Below are positions 29,399-38,200 of a stretch of 64,000 bases of DNA, one piece after another. This DNA is from Candidatus Enterousia sp. (GTDB taxonomy: Bacteria > Pseudomonadota > Alphaproteobacteria > Rs-D84): positions 37,872-101,871 of the forward strand of contig JAZNVZ010000005.1 in the NCBI GenBank assembly GCA_045593065.1, in the 5' to 3' direction. Positions within the stretch are counted from its first letter, which is position 1. Each line of letters opens with the position of its first letter. The translations under genes and the position numbers were made by a program. The notes beneath the pieces were generated by a model. That model was not told the origin of the DNA. It saw only the letters and a program-made list of their open reading frames with translations, and did not search any database.

Positions 29399-29767
29399 AT
29401 GACACAGACCGAGCAGTTATTAACCATCAAAAAATATTGCGATATTATAAGTTATGTCAGGGTAAAAATTTTTTATTATAAACCTAAACGGGAATATACA
29501 ATATATAGATACAAGCAATATTACAATGACGAACTACTCTTTCAAATTCGTGAAATAACAACATATTCCTATAACGAACTGCGTTTAACAACACCAACAA
29601 AAACAATCGCACTTCGTCAAAATTTCACAATTCAACCAGAACTTGACGAAAAAACTTTTACTACTGCATGGCTTAATATGCGCCTATTACAAGCCAAGTG
29701 TGTACAGGAATATGACAGACAATTAAAAATAAAAAGAGAGTTAAATAATCGCGACAAACAAATATAA
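29399..29767 (+). CDS. Hypothetical protein (122 aa), Tyr/Lys-rich
   Basis: ATG 29399, 14 nt after ybaB, at the position where recR normally sits. No family recognised. Very AT-rich. Confidence 0.45.
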   Translation: MTQTEQLLTIKKYCDIISYVRVKIFYYKPKREYTIYRYKQYYNDELLFQIREITTYSYNELRLTTPTKTIALRQNFTIQPELDEKTFTTAWLNMRLLQAKCVQEYDRQLKIKRELNNRDKQI

Positions 29768-29770
29768 AAA

Positions 29771-29792
29771 AACCGCCCGAATGGGCGGTTTT
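29771..29792. terminator. Bidirectional intrinsic terminator (hypothetical / infC)
   Basis: AACCGCCC-GAAT-GGGCGGTT flanked by an A-run and a T-run. Confidence 0.8.
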
Positions 29793-29794
29793 GT

Positions 29795-30349
29795 TTATTT
29801 CTTGGCAGGCGCCACAATTATAGATTTTGTTCGTTCGTCTGGCTTGGATTTCGATTCCAATGTACCAGCATCCCCGATTATTTCCATGATATGCGCAAAC
29901 AATTCAGGAACAACATCACGACCTTGACCCAGAACCCTTTTATTGCCCCTGGTCATGACAGAAATTTTAACCTTGTCGCCATTGCCCAAGAATTCAAAAA
30001 CCTTTTTCATTTTGATTTTCAAATCGTTTTCTTCGATAAATGGTTTTACCCATACATCGCGCAAACCAACATTTTTTTGATTCTTTTTTGCCTCGGACGC
30101 GCGTTTTTTCTGGTCGTATTTATATTTGCCATAATCCATTATCTTTACGATTGGCACATCACCCGATGAATTGATTTCAACCAAGTCCAATCCAGCGTTT
30201 GCCGCCATTTCCAGCGCCGCCGCAGTTTGCATAACGCCCAAATTTTGACCGTCATGTGTAATTACTTGAACAGATTTTGCAAAAATCCTGTTATTTATGC
30301 GCGGACCTGTATCGCGCCGATTATCACGATTATTTATATTTGGTTTAAT
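29795..30349 (-). CDS. infC: Translation initiation factor IF-3, ATT start codon
   Basis: The ORF track starts at an internal TTG (30241). The reading frame stays open upstream to ATT at 30349-30347, preceded by AGGAG (30360-30356) with a 6-nt spacer. N-term IKPNINNRDNRRDTGPRINNRIFAKSVQVITHDGQNLGV matches the IF-3 N-domain. Confidence 0.92.
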   Translation of the reverse strand: MKPNINNRDNRRDTGPRINNRIFAKSVQVITHDGQNLGVMQTAAALEMAANAGLDLVEINSSGDVPIVKIMDYGKYKYDQKKRASEAKKNQKNVGLRDVWVKPFIEENDLKIKMKKVFEFLGNGDKVKISVMTRGNKRVLGQGRDVVPELFAHIMEIIGDAGTLESKSKPDERTKSIIVAPAKK

Positions 30350-30391
30350 TGTCGGCTCCTTTGTATTACCTGGGGTAATTATTGACCATAT

Positions 30392-31147
30392 TTATTGATT
30401 TTTCAACAAATTTTGTAATTCTTGCAATGCTGTCCAAACATCGCGTTTGGCCGATGGTTTCAGCAACAAATAATTTGGATGATAAATAGACATAACAGGT
30501 GTGCCTGTGTCCGTATTAGACACACGCCCATGGGCATGCGACAATTCAACATGTGCAATTTCTGTCGCAGGTGTTGCCCCAAATGTTAATATCATTTTTG
30601 GGGTCAAAAATTCCAACATTCTGTTTACAAAAGGCCGCGCCAACGCCAATTCTTCGGGGGTCGGCGTGCGGCCGCCCGGGGTTCGCCAAAACACAACCGG
30701 AATAATCGATACATTATCACGCGACATGCCTATGGCAGCCAACATTTTATCCAACAATTCTCCTACTGCGCCTGACAAAATACGCCCAGATGCGTCATCA
30801 TCACTGCCGGGGACATCTGTTATAATTACTAATCCATTTGGATTTTGTGCAATATGCGGCAACACAACATTAGTTGTCCCCGCACGCAGTGGATGATTAA
30901 ATTCACCAATTAAACGAATCAGATTATCAATATCATTGGGGCGCGCCGCAACAGATTCCGCAGTATCCACAGATACATTTCCTGTGGGCGCAATCGGCGG
31001 CACAACACCACCACGCGAAAATTTTTCGTTTGGTGCACACGATTCGTTTTTTGTTGTTGCCCACCTGTCGCGTTGCGCCATTGGAATATCTGCGATTTCC
31101 CACGCAACACCCGCCAATTCCAGGTCTTTGACATTGTAATCATTCAT
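30392..31147 (-). CDS. Family 4 uracil-DNA glycosylase with N-terminal extension
   Basis: ITDVPGSDDDASGRILSGAVGELLDKML, then HPNYLL near the C-terminus. Confidence 0.85.
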   Translation of the reverse strand: MNDYNVKDLELAGVAWEIADIPMAQRDRWATTKNESCAPNEKFSRGGVVPPIAPTGNVSVDTAESVAARPNDIDNLIRLIGEFNHPLRAGTTNVVLPHIAQNPNGLVIITDVPGSDDDASGRILSGAVGELLDKMLAAIGMSRDNVSIIPVVFWRTPGGRTPTPEELALARPFVNRMLEFLTPKMILTFGATPATEIAHVELSHAHGRVSNTDTGTPVMSIYHPNYLLLKPSAKRDVWTALQELQNLLKNQ

Positions 31148-31228
31148 TTTTTTATGTTTCCCCTTGCTTTTACAAATATTTTATTATAAAATAGACCACG
31201 AGTAACAAAAACTCAAGGGAGTATTTTC

Positions 31229-31645
31229 ATGAAAGTAAAAAACTTTGTGTTGTTGGCCGGTGTTGCTGGCATTTTGGCCGCTTGTGGCGGTTCCAGTGTC
31301 GTTGAACCTGCTGACTTGAATAATCAACGCGTGTTCTTCGCATTTAACTCTTCTGAAATTTCTGACGAAGCCAACGATATGTTGTTGGGTCAATCTTTGT
31401 ACATGAAAAATCACGAAGATGTCAAAGTTCAAATTGCTGGAAATTGCGATGAACGCGGTTCTACTGAATACAACTTGGCATTAGGTGCACGCCGTGCAAA
31501 CGCCGCTAAGGCCGTTTTGGTTAACGATGGCATCGATGCAAAACGTATTTCTACAATTTCATACGGTAAAGAACGTCCTTTGGTCAAAGGTACAGGCGAA
31601 GCCGTTTGGAAAATGAACCGTAATGCAACAACAACTGTTAAATAA
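31229..31645 (+). CDS. pal: Peptidoglycan-associated lipoprotein
   Basis: Lipobox LAA|C. GNCDERGSTEYNLALGARRANAAKAVLV..YGKERP. Confidence 0.9.
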   Translation: MKVKNFVLLAGVAGILAACGGSSVVEPADLNNQRVFFAFNSSEISDEANDMLLGQSLYMKNHEDVKVQIAGNCDERGSTEYNLALGARRANAAKAVLVNDGIDAKRISTISYGKERPLVKGTGEAVWKMNRNATTTVK

Positions 31646-31663
31646 TAGTGTGTTGAAAAATTC

Positions 31664-31695
31664 AAAAAATGACCGGCGATTGTCGGTCTTTTTTT
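31664..31695 (+). terminator. Intrinsic terminator after pal
   Basis: GACCGGC-GATT-GTCGGTC-TTTTTTT. Confidence 0.75.
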
Positions 31696-31700
31696 GTATA

Positions 31701-31729
31701 AAAAATACCGGTGTTTACCGGCATTTTTT
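31701..31729 (-). terminator. Intrinsic terminator after parB
   Basis: Minus strand reads AAAAAATGCCGGTAAACACCGGTATTTTT. Confidence 0.6.
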
Positions 31730-31736
31730 AATAATT

Positions 31737-32615
31737 TTATTTTGTTAGTTTTTCTACCAATTCTTGCAATTCAATACGGGTATTAAATTTTAACACAATT
31801 TGCCCTGCCCCGCCACGGCGTTCAACCAATTTTGCCGGCACTTTTAATGATTTTGTAATACTGGATTCAATCTGCTTGACATCTGCGGGGGCAATATTTT
31901 TATTCACAAATCCCCGGCGATTACCGGCTCTTTTTACATTTTTTACACGTTTTTCAATGTCTGCCACAGATAATTTTTTATCAACAATTTCTTGCGCCAA
32001 CGCCGCCGGATTATCAGCAACAACTATTGTTCGTGCATGTGATGCGCTGATCGCCCCATTTTTTACCATATCAATCACAGGTGACGGCAAATCCAATAAC
32101 CGCGTAGCATTCCGGATATAGCTTTCTGATTTGCCGATTAACCGACAAACATCCGCCATATCATATCCACATTTATCCATTAAATTTTTATAAGCAGCGG
32201 CCTCTTCTATTGGGTCCAAGTTTTCGCGTTGCACATTTTCAATCAACGCGATTTCCATTGCATTATTATCATCTAACTTTTTGACAACAGCCGGAATTTC
32301 TGTTAATCCTGCAATCTTGGATGCGCGAAATCTGCGTTCGCCAGCCACAATTTCATAATTATATGGCCGTCCAGACACACTGCGTAATAAAATCGGCTGC
32401 AAAACACCCTTTTCTTTGATTGATGCCGCCAATTCTTGCAATTCTGCCGCATTAAATGTTTTGCGCGGCTGATCCGGATTTGCACCAATTTGCGCCAATG
32501 GTATTTGTTTTATAACCACGCGTTCGCCACCCGTTAAAATAGAAATATCTGGCATTTCGCCCATATTTGCCTGGATATCCGCCAATCCACGCCCTAAACC
32601 AAATTTTGATGACAT
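31737..32615 (-). CDS. parB: Chromosome partitioning protein ParB
   Basis: LQPILLR..YEIVAGERRFRAS, HTH, C-terminal dimerisation region. Confidence 0.95.
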   Translation of the reverse strand: MSSKFGLGRGLADIQANMGEMPDISILTGGERVVIKQIPLAQIGANPDQPRKTFNAAELQELAASIKEKGVLQPILLRSVSGRPYNYEIVAGERRFRASKIAGLTEIPAVVKKLDDNNAMEIALIENVQRENLDPIEEAAAYKNLMDKCGYDMADVCRLIGKSESYIRNATRLLDLPSPVIDMVKNGAISASHARTIVVADNPAALAQEIVDKKLSVADIEKRVKNVKRAGNRRGFVNKNIAPADVKQIESSITKSLKVPAKLVERRGGAGQIVLKFNTRIELQELVEKLTK

Positions 32616-33391
32616 TATTTATCCCCCTGCTCTAATTTATTAACTATTTCTGTGGCCACACGCAAATATGCCTGGGCGCCAGTCGATTTAAACGCATAAA
32701 ATAACGCCGGCTTTCCGTGGCTGGGTGCCTCGGCCACGCGAATATTACGCGGCACAACAGTTTTGAACACCGCATCACCAAATGTTTTACGCACATCATC
32801 TTCGACATCGCGTGTCATAGAATAACGTTTATCGTGCATTGTTAACAATACGCCCAATATACGCAATCCAGGATTCCATTTTTCTTGTACTATATTGATA
32901 GTACTAACTAATTGGCTGATACCTTCGAGTGCAAAAAATTCGCACTGTAATGGAATAATCACGCTGTCTGCAGCATTTAACGCGTTCAAAGTCAAATGTC
33001 CCAACGCAGGCGGACAATCCAATAAAATATAATCATAATACCCCATAATTGGTTGTAATGCATCGCGCAAACGATATTCGCGATTTTCAACATCCAGTAA
33101 TTCAACCTCGGCCCCGGCGAGTTCAGGACCAGCCGGCAACAAATGCAAATTTGGCACCGCCGTTGTTAAAATATTATCAGCGATATTACTGGTTCCCATT
33201 ATAACGCCGTACACACTTTGTGGATATTTTGCGCGAACAAACCCCAATCCAGTTCCGGCATTTCCTTGTTGATCCAAATCTATTAACAGCACTCGTTTTT
33301 TAATTGCCGCCAAAGACGCGCCAATATTTATCGCAGTTGTTGTTTTGCCAACGCCGCCCTTTTGATTTGCAAACGCTATTATTCTTGTCAT
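32615..33391 (-). CDS. parA: Chromosome partitioning ATPase ParA
   Basis: Deviant Walker A ANQKGGVGKTTTAIN; 1-nt overlap with parB. Confidence 0.95.
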   Translation of the reverse strand: MTRIIAFANQKGGVGKTTTAINIGASLAAIKKRVLLIDLDQQGNAGTGLGFVRAKYPQSVYGVIMGTSNIADNILTTAVPNLHLLPAGPELAGAEVELLDVENREYRLRDALQPIMGYYDYILLDCPPALGHLTLNALNAADSVIIPLQCEFFALEGISQLVSTINIVQEKWNPGLRILGVLLTMHDKRYSMTRDVEDDVRKTFGDAVFKTVVPRNIRVAEAPSHGKPALFYAFKSTGAQAYLRVATEIVNKLEQGDK

Positions 33392-33554
33392 TTAATATCT
33401 TTCCTTTCTTGCACTTAATGATAGACAGTTTTTTTCGATTCGGTCAAGCATTATATATTTTTTTAGTATATTCAAACAAATATTTTTGTTTTCATACGGA
33501 ATAACACCATTAATTACAACAAACGCCCTGCCCGGCTTTTTTGATAAAAATTGC

Positions 33555-33584
33555 AAAAAAACACCGGCAAATGCCGGCATTTTT
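33555..33584 (-). terminator. Intrinsic terminator between rsmG and parA
   Basis: Minus strand: AAAAATGCCGGCATTTGCCGGTGTTTTTTT; core at 33564-33577. Confidence 0.7.
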
Positions 33585-33615
33585 ACAGGATTACGATTCG
33601 CACAATTATTGTGCA

Positions 33616-34173
33616 TTAATGTCCTTTGGTAATATGCGTAATAAACCCATCGCCGGTTTTAGATGAAAATAGTTTAAAATCAAAATGATATTTTTGTTTT
33701 GCAATATCAATTTCTGTCATAATATCGCGACCTTTGAGCAAATATAAATCGTATTTTGTTTTATGCACATAATCTAAAATTTTTATCAATGGCGCAAAAG
33801 CGCGCGCCGTAAACACATATTTTTTTGTTTTATCCAGTCCATCAATATAATTTTCAACCCGCCCATGATAAATCGTTAAATTATCCAATTTTAATTCTTT
33901 TTTGACCGCGGTTAAAAAAGAAACCTTTTTGCCAACTGATTCAATACATGTAATGCGCCACCCTAATATTGCCAACACAACCGCCGGAAAACCAGCCCCA
34001 GAACCCAAATCAATGATATCCGCACTGGGCGGCAAAAAATCCGCCAGTTGCGCGCAATCCGCAATATGACGATTGTCGATATCGTTTAATGTGCTGGGGG
34101 CGACCAGATTCATACGCCCAGACCATTCAATTAATAATTTTTTATATAATTCAAATTTGTCTTTGTTTTCCAT
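33616..34173 (-). CDS. rsmG: 16S rRNA (guanine527-N7)-methyltransferase
   Basis: SAM motif IIDLGSGAGFPAVVLAI; GidB-sized (185 aa). Confidence 0.92.
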   Translation of the reverse strand: MENKDKFELYKKLLIEWSGRMNLVAPSTLNDIDNRHIADCAQLADFLPPSADIIDLGSGAGFPAVVLAILGWRITCIESVGKKVSFLTAVKKELKLDNLTIYHGRVENYIDGLDKTKKYVFTARAFAPLIKILDYVHKTKYDLYLLKGRDIMTEIDIAKQKYHFDFKLFSSKTGDGFITHITKGH

Positions 34174-34199
34174 AAAAAATATTTTATCATATAAAAATC

Positions 34200-35819
34200 A
34201 TGAAACCAGTAAAAATATTTTTATCTGTGTCTGTGGTATTGGTTGCCTGTTTGGTGGCTATTTACATCGCAAACACACATCGTCCCATCATGACCAATGG
34301 TGGAAAAATTCCAACAACCAGTTATGGTGCATTTTTGTCTGCACAACACGCACTGTACAAAAATGATTTTGATACGGCTGACGATTTCTTGAATATGGTC
34401 AGTGATGATGCCAAAGAATATGATTCTGTGGCAGAAATCCGCGTATTAACAAATTTTTTGCACGGCACTATACCAACAGATATTACAAAATTAAACAAAA
34501 AAAAGACGATGATTTCACGCATTATCGCGGATGCTAATTTAATACAAAACAACAAATGGGCAGATGTATACGCTAAACATAAAAACGATAATATGCGCCT
34601 GTTGGCACCATTTCGTATATGGTCAGGTGTCGCAAATAATTACATAACCAAAACATTTAAATTTATCGATTCTTTGGGCACAAATCCATCGTGGCAGGCG
34701 TTTTTGCGCGGTCAGGTTTATGCCGAGCAGGGCAGGGTTCAAAAGGCCGCTGATGAATTTGCCAAGGTTAAACCAGAATTTATGAATATAAATGACTATT
34801 TGTATTTAATGTCTTTTTATAAACACAATAATCTGGATAAAAACGCCGATGATTTGTTTACAGAATTTACATCTAAACCCGGCAGTATGTTTATGGTTGC
34901 GTTTCCTGACATACCACAATGGTCTTTGTTTTCAGGATACAAAAACCAACTGGCGTTCAATTTAGTACAAACAGTTGCACACACACAATCAATGTCGCAT
35001 TCCGATTTAGCATTATTATTGCTGAGTTTTGCTGACAATGTCGCTGACAAAAATCAAATTCAAAGTGATGCCATCAATTATCATGCAGGGCTTTACATGA
35101 TTGGAAATAACGGCGATTACAACAAACGGTTTGCACGCATTAATGAATCCAGCCCGTATTATCCGTTTGTAAAACTGCGCCTGGCCGAGGTTAATCATGA
35201 CGAACGCGCTGTTGCCAATGCGGTTGCCGCACAACCGTTGTTTATGCCTGCTGTGAATCAACTGGTTGGATTGCAAACACAACGCGGCGACAAACAAGCG
35301 GCATTAAAAACAATTAATACCAGTTTGAATCATCCAGACATTTCTATGTCTGCAAAAATATATTTATTAAAATTGCGCGCAGAAACAAATTTCATATTTG
35401 ATGATTTTTCAGCAGCACAAAAAGATATAAATTCTGCCGATGCTTTATTGGGCAAACCAGACCCAGATGTTTTCAGTGTCCAGGCACGCATTTGGGCCGC
35501 CACAGGCAACAATTTGGACAAGGCATATGCATACAGTTTGAAATTGGTGCAATTCGCGCCAATGGACACATGTGCGTGGGACACATTGGGATATGTTATA
35601 TGGGCACGCGAGGGTGTAAACGAAGCAATCGATATCGTTAAACGGGTTAGTGATATGGCTGTTTCTTGTTCGGCATTGTTTGAACATTTGGGCGATATGT
35701 ATGTCGAAATCAAAGAAAATAAATTAGCCGCAGATGCATATTTACGCGCGATTGAATTATCGGGGGACGGACTGTCTATTAAACCAGCGTTAGAGAGAAA
35801 ATTAAAAAAGGTACAATAA
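34200..35819 (+). CDS. Membrane-anchored TPR-like protein (539 aa)
   Basis: N-terminal TM IFLSVSVVLVACLVAIYIA, helical-repeat body. Stop overlaps the gpsA start. Confidence 0.55.
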   Translation: MKPVKIFLSVSVVLVACLVAIYIANTHRPIMTNGGKIPTTSYGAFLSAQHALYKNDFDTADDFLNMVSDDAKEYDSVAEIRVLTNFLHGTIPTDITKLNKKKTMISRIIADANLIQNNKWADVYAKHKNDNMRLLAPFRIWSGVANNYITKTFKFIDSLGTNPSWQAFLRGQVYAEQGRVQKAADEFAKVKPEFMNINDYLYLMSFYKHNNLDKNADDLFTEFTSKPGSMFMVAFPDIPQWSLFSGYKNQLAFNLVQTVAHTQSMSHSDLALLLLSFADNVADKNQIQSDAINYHAGLYMIGNNGDYNKRFARINESSPYYPFVKLRLAEVNHDERAVANAVAAQPLFMPAVNQLVGLQTQRGDKQAALKTINTSLNHPDISMSAKIYLLKLRAETNFIFDDFSAAQKDINSADALLGKPDPDVFSVQARIWAATGNNLDKAYAYSLKLVQFAPMDTCAWDTLGYVIWAREGVNEAIDIVKRVSDMAVSCSALFEHLGDMYVEIKENKLAADAYLRAIELSGDGLSIKPALERKLKKVQ

Positions 35820-36685
35820 TGAGCAAAGTTGGTATTATTGGCGCTGGGGCATGGGGTACAGCATTAGCAATCAATATTGCACGCGGTGGCAACAGTGTAA
35901 TTTTATGGTCTTTTGACGGCGATTATAAAAATTTTGATGGGGTTGATGTTCCAACAAATTTAACCATTACGCAAAATGCCGCAGATATTGCAGATACAGA
36001 CATTTGGTTAAATGTAACACCTGCATCATTTTTTCGTGAAACATTGCGTAAATTTGTGGGATACTATCATAATCAACCTGTTATTATTTGCACCAAGGGC
36101 GCAGACAACAAAACCCATGAATTTATGACAGAAATTTTAAACACTGAATTGCCACAATGCGTGGATTTTGGCGTATTATCAGGTCCGCAATTCGCGGCCG
36201 AGGTCGCAATCGGCGCACCCACGGGTTCTACATTGGCCGGCAATTTGCGCATAAAAAATGCCGGACACCAAGTGTTAAATTTTGCATATCTGGACGATAC
36301 AGACGATATTATCGGCACGCAAATTTGTGGGGTTGGTAAAAATGTTATTGCATTGGTTTCTGGGTTTATCAGTGTAAAAATAGCCAGCGAAAATGAACGC
36401 GCATTGATTTTTACGCGATGCTGTAATGAAATTGTGCAAATTGGTTTGGCAATGGGCGCACGCATCGAAACATTTATCGGTCTGTGTGGTTTGGGGGATT
36501 TGTTTTTATCTGCAACATCTAAAACCAGTCGAAATTATTCTGGGGGCACAGAAATAGCAAATGGAGAAAAACCACAAGGGACTGTCGAGGGTATATATGC
36601 CTATAACACAATTTTGGCGCGTGCAAGCGAATTGAATATTGAAACACCTATTTTAAGCGGTATAAAAAAACAAATGCATTTATAG
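35819..36685 (+). CDS. gpsA: NAD(P)H-dependent glycerol-3-phosphate dehydrogenase (short form, 288 aa)
   Basis: VGIIGAGAWGTALA Rossmann motif, ..GVGKNVIAL.., GTVEGIYA. Confidence 0.88.
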   Translation: MSKVGIIGAGAWGTALAINIARGGNSVILWSFDGDYKNFDGVDVPTNLTITQNAADIADTDIWLNVTPASFFRETLRKFVGYYHNQPVIICTKGADNKTHEFMTEILNTELPQCVDFGVLSGPQFAAEVAIGAPTGSTLAGNLRIKNAGHQVLNFAYLDDTDDIIGTQICGVGKNVIALVSGFISVKIASENERALIFTRCCNEIVQIGLAMGARIETFIGLCGLGDLFLSATSKTSRNYSGGTEIANGEKPQGTVEGIYAYNTILARASELNIETPILSGIKKQMHL

Positions 36686-36698
36686 GCACGAAAACTCT

Positions 36699-36726
36699 TT
36701 GCGTATAGCCATTTTTATGGTATAAT
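36699..36726 (+). promoter_or_regulatory. Candidate sigma70 promoter for the secreted-protein operon
   Basis: TTGCGT (36699-36704), 16 nt spacer, TATAAT (36721-36726) with an upstream TGg. Confidence 0.45.
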
Positions 36727-36746
36727 ATACGGGATAGGGGGCGTCA

Positions 36747-37634
36747 GTGTCAAAATATATCGTTTTGTTTATTTTGCCCATTATTATGGGTACGGCGCAC
36801 GCCGATGATTTTTCGGCTGCGTTGACGGCAGTAAATGCAAATTGTTCAAATATATCTGCACAACTGGATGATTTGAAAAAAATGGCGGGCATTAACACTG
36901 CCGTTACAGGGGTTGGCACCGCTGCTGCTGCGGGCGCAACTGTGGTCGGCGTTATAAAGGCAAACACTGATAAAAAATTAGCAGAAATTTTGGCACAAAT
37001 ACCCCCAAAAACCGACACAACGACCAACCCATCGGTTGAAGAAACAAAACAGGTATATAACGAAACATCCACGACATCCGCCACAACACCAGACACCGAC
37101 AAATTAACCAAACAATCTGTTGCATTGGGCAATGCCAGAACAGGTTTGTTGGGGGCCAGTGCTGCAACCAATGTAGCAGGGGCGGTCATTGCCAGCAAAA
37201 ACAAAACAGACGATGATTTGCAAGCACAAATTGACAGTTGCGTTCAATCTGTATCGGCATTAGAGAGTACTATTGGCCAAGCACGCGCAGACGGCATTGA
37301 TATAACAAACGCCCGGGAAATATTGTCTGCATGCGGAAAATGGCGCGATATTGATTTATCAAAGATAAACGCAAAATCCAAAGGCGCATTTATTTCATCG
37401 ATTGTTGGTGCGGCAACGGGTGTTGCAGGCACGGCAACATCTGCGGCGGCAAATACTAACAATGTGCGAAACGGCGATGAAACCAAAGAAAATAATTTGA
37501 ATATGGCATCTAATGTGTTGGCGGGCGGCACTGCAATCGCGTCTGGGGCAGCAACCGTGTTTAACGCAACGCAAATTTCCACAATCAAAAAAATTGTTGC
37601 CGTTGCACAAGAATGTGAAGAGGTGTTGAAATGA
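36747..37634 (+). CDS. Hypothetical secreted protein with four Gly/Ala-rich zipper-like segments
   Basis: GTG start with AGGGGG SD. Signal ..IIMGTAHA|DD. Small-residue segments at aa 46-70, 126-149, 213-234 and 253-270; 4 Cys. Confidence 0.6.
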   Translation: MSKYIVLFILPIIMGTAHADDFSAALTAVNANCSNISAQLDDLKKMAGINTAVTGVGTAAAAGATVVGVIKANTDKKLAEILAQIPPKTDTTTNPSVEETKQVYNETSTTSATTPDTDKLTKQSVALGNARTGLLGASAATNVAGAVIASKNKTDDDLQAQIDSCVQSVSALESTIGQARADGIDITNAREILSACGKWRDIDLSKINAKSKGAFISSIVGAATGVAGTATSAAANTNNVRNGDETKENNLNMASNVLAGGTAIASGAATVFNATQISTIKKIVAVAQECEEVLK

Positions 37635-38200
37635 AAAAATTTTTAACATTTTTACCTGTATTATGTTTGATGTCGCCGGCATTTGGACAGCCATTTGAAC
37701 CCCAAGACAAGGTGTTATATTTTGATTCTACAACTGTACAAAGCGCGATTGAACAACACATACCCATTGATTTCCAAACCATGGCCGCAGAACAATATGT
37801 TAATTTAATGGACCAAGATACTGGAAAAGTGTCTGTTCAAGATTTGAAAAACATTTGTATGAATAGCAATCTGTCCAATGATAATTGCCAAAAATTTATT
37901 ATCAGTTTGTATAACAGTAATGACACAAAAGTAGCACCAACAAACGGAATTAGCGATAGTGTCGCATTTATAAAACGAAATGGTGTAATATCTGCATCTT
38001 ATAAATCAAATTGCAATGGTATCAAAGACCCCAATGCCCGAGATTTTCAAATACTGAACCGTCCAACAGGCGCAAATTGTTGGTGTACATCAACATCACA
38101 ACCAAACGATTATTGGCATTATATGACAACATTCAAAGACACTCAACAATGCCATCGATTGTGCAATGAAGAATGTACAAAGTTATATAAAGGCGAATAA
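37631..38200 (+). CDS. Hypothetical secreted Cys-rich protein (189 aa)
   Basis: ATGA overlap with the previous ORF. Signal MKKFLTFLPVLCLMSPAFG|QP. 8 Cys in the mature part. Confidence 0.6.
   Translation: MKKFLTFLPVLCLMSPAFGQPFEPQDKVLYFDSTTVQSAIEQHIPIDFQTMAAEQYVNLMDQDTGKVSVQDLKNICMNSNLSNDNCQKFIISLYNSNDTKVAPTNGISDSVAFIKRNGVISASYKSNCNGIKDPNARDFQILNRPTGANCWCTSTSQPNDYWHYMTTFKDTQQCHRLCNEECTKLYKGE

Noticed and set aside
33392-33615. AT-rich rsmG-parA spacer as oriC or a parS site
   Set aside because: I found no TTATCCACA-type DnaA boxes and no TGTTNCACGTGAAACA-like palindrome by eye. The CACGTG cores I found elsewhere (around 27005, 53695 and 62455) are inside genes and lack parS arms.
36680-37204. 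174-aa minus-strand ORF rich in Ala, Val and Thr
   Set aside because: It is the antisense shadow of the Gly/Ala-rich secreted-protein gene. GC-rich small-residue codons read open on both strands, while the plus-strand ORF has the promoter, SD and signal peptide.
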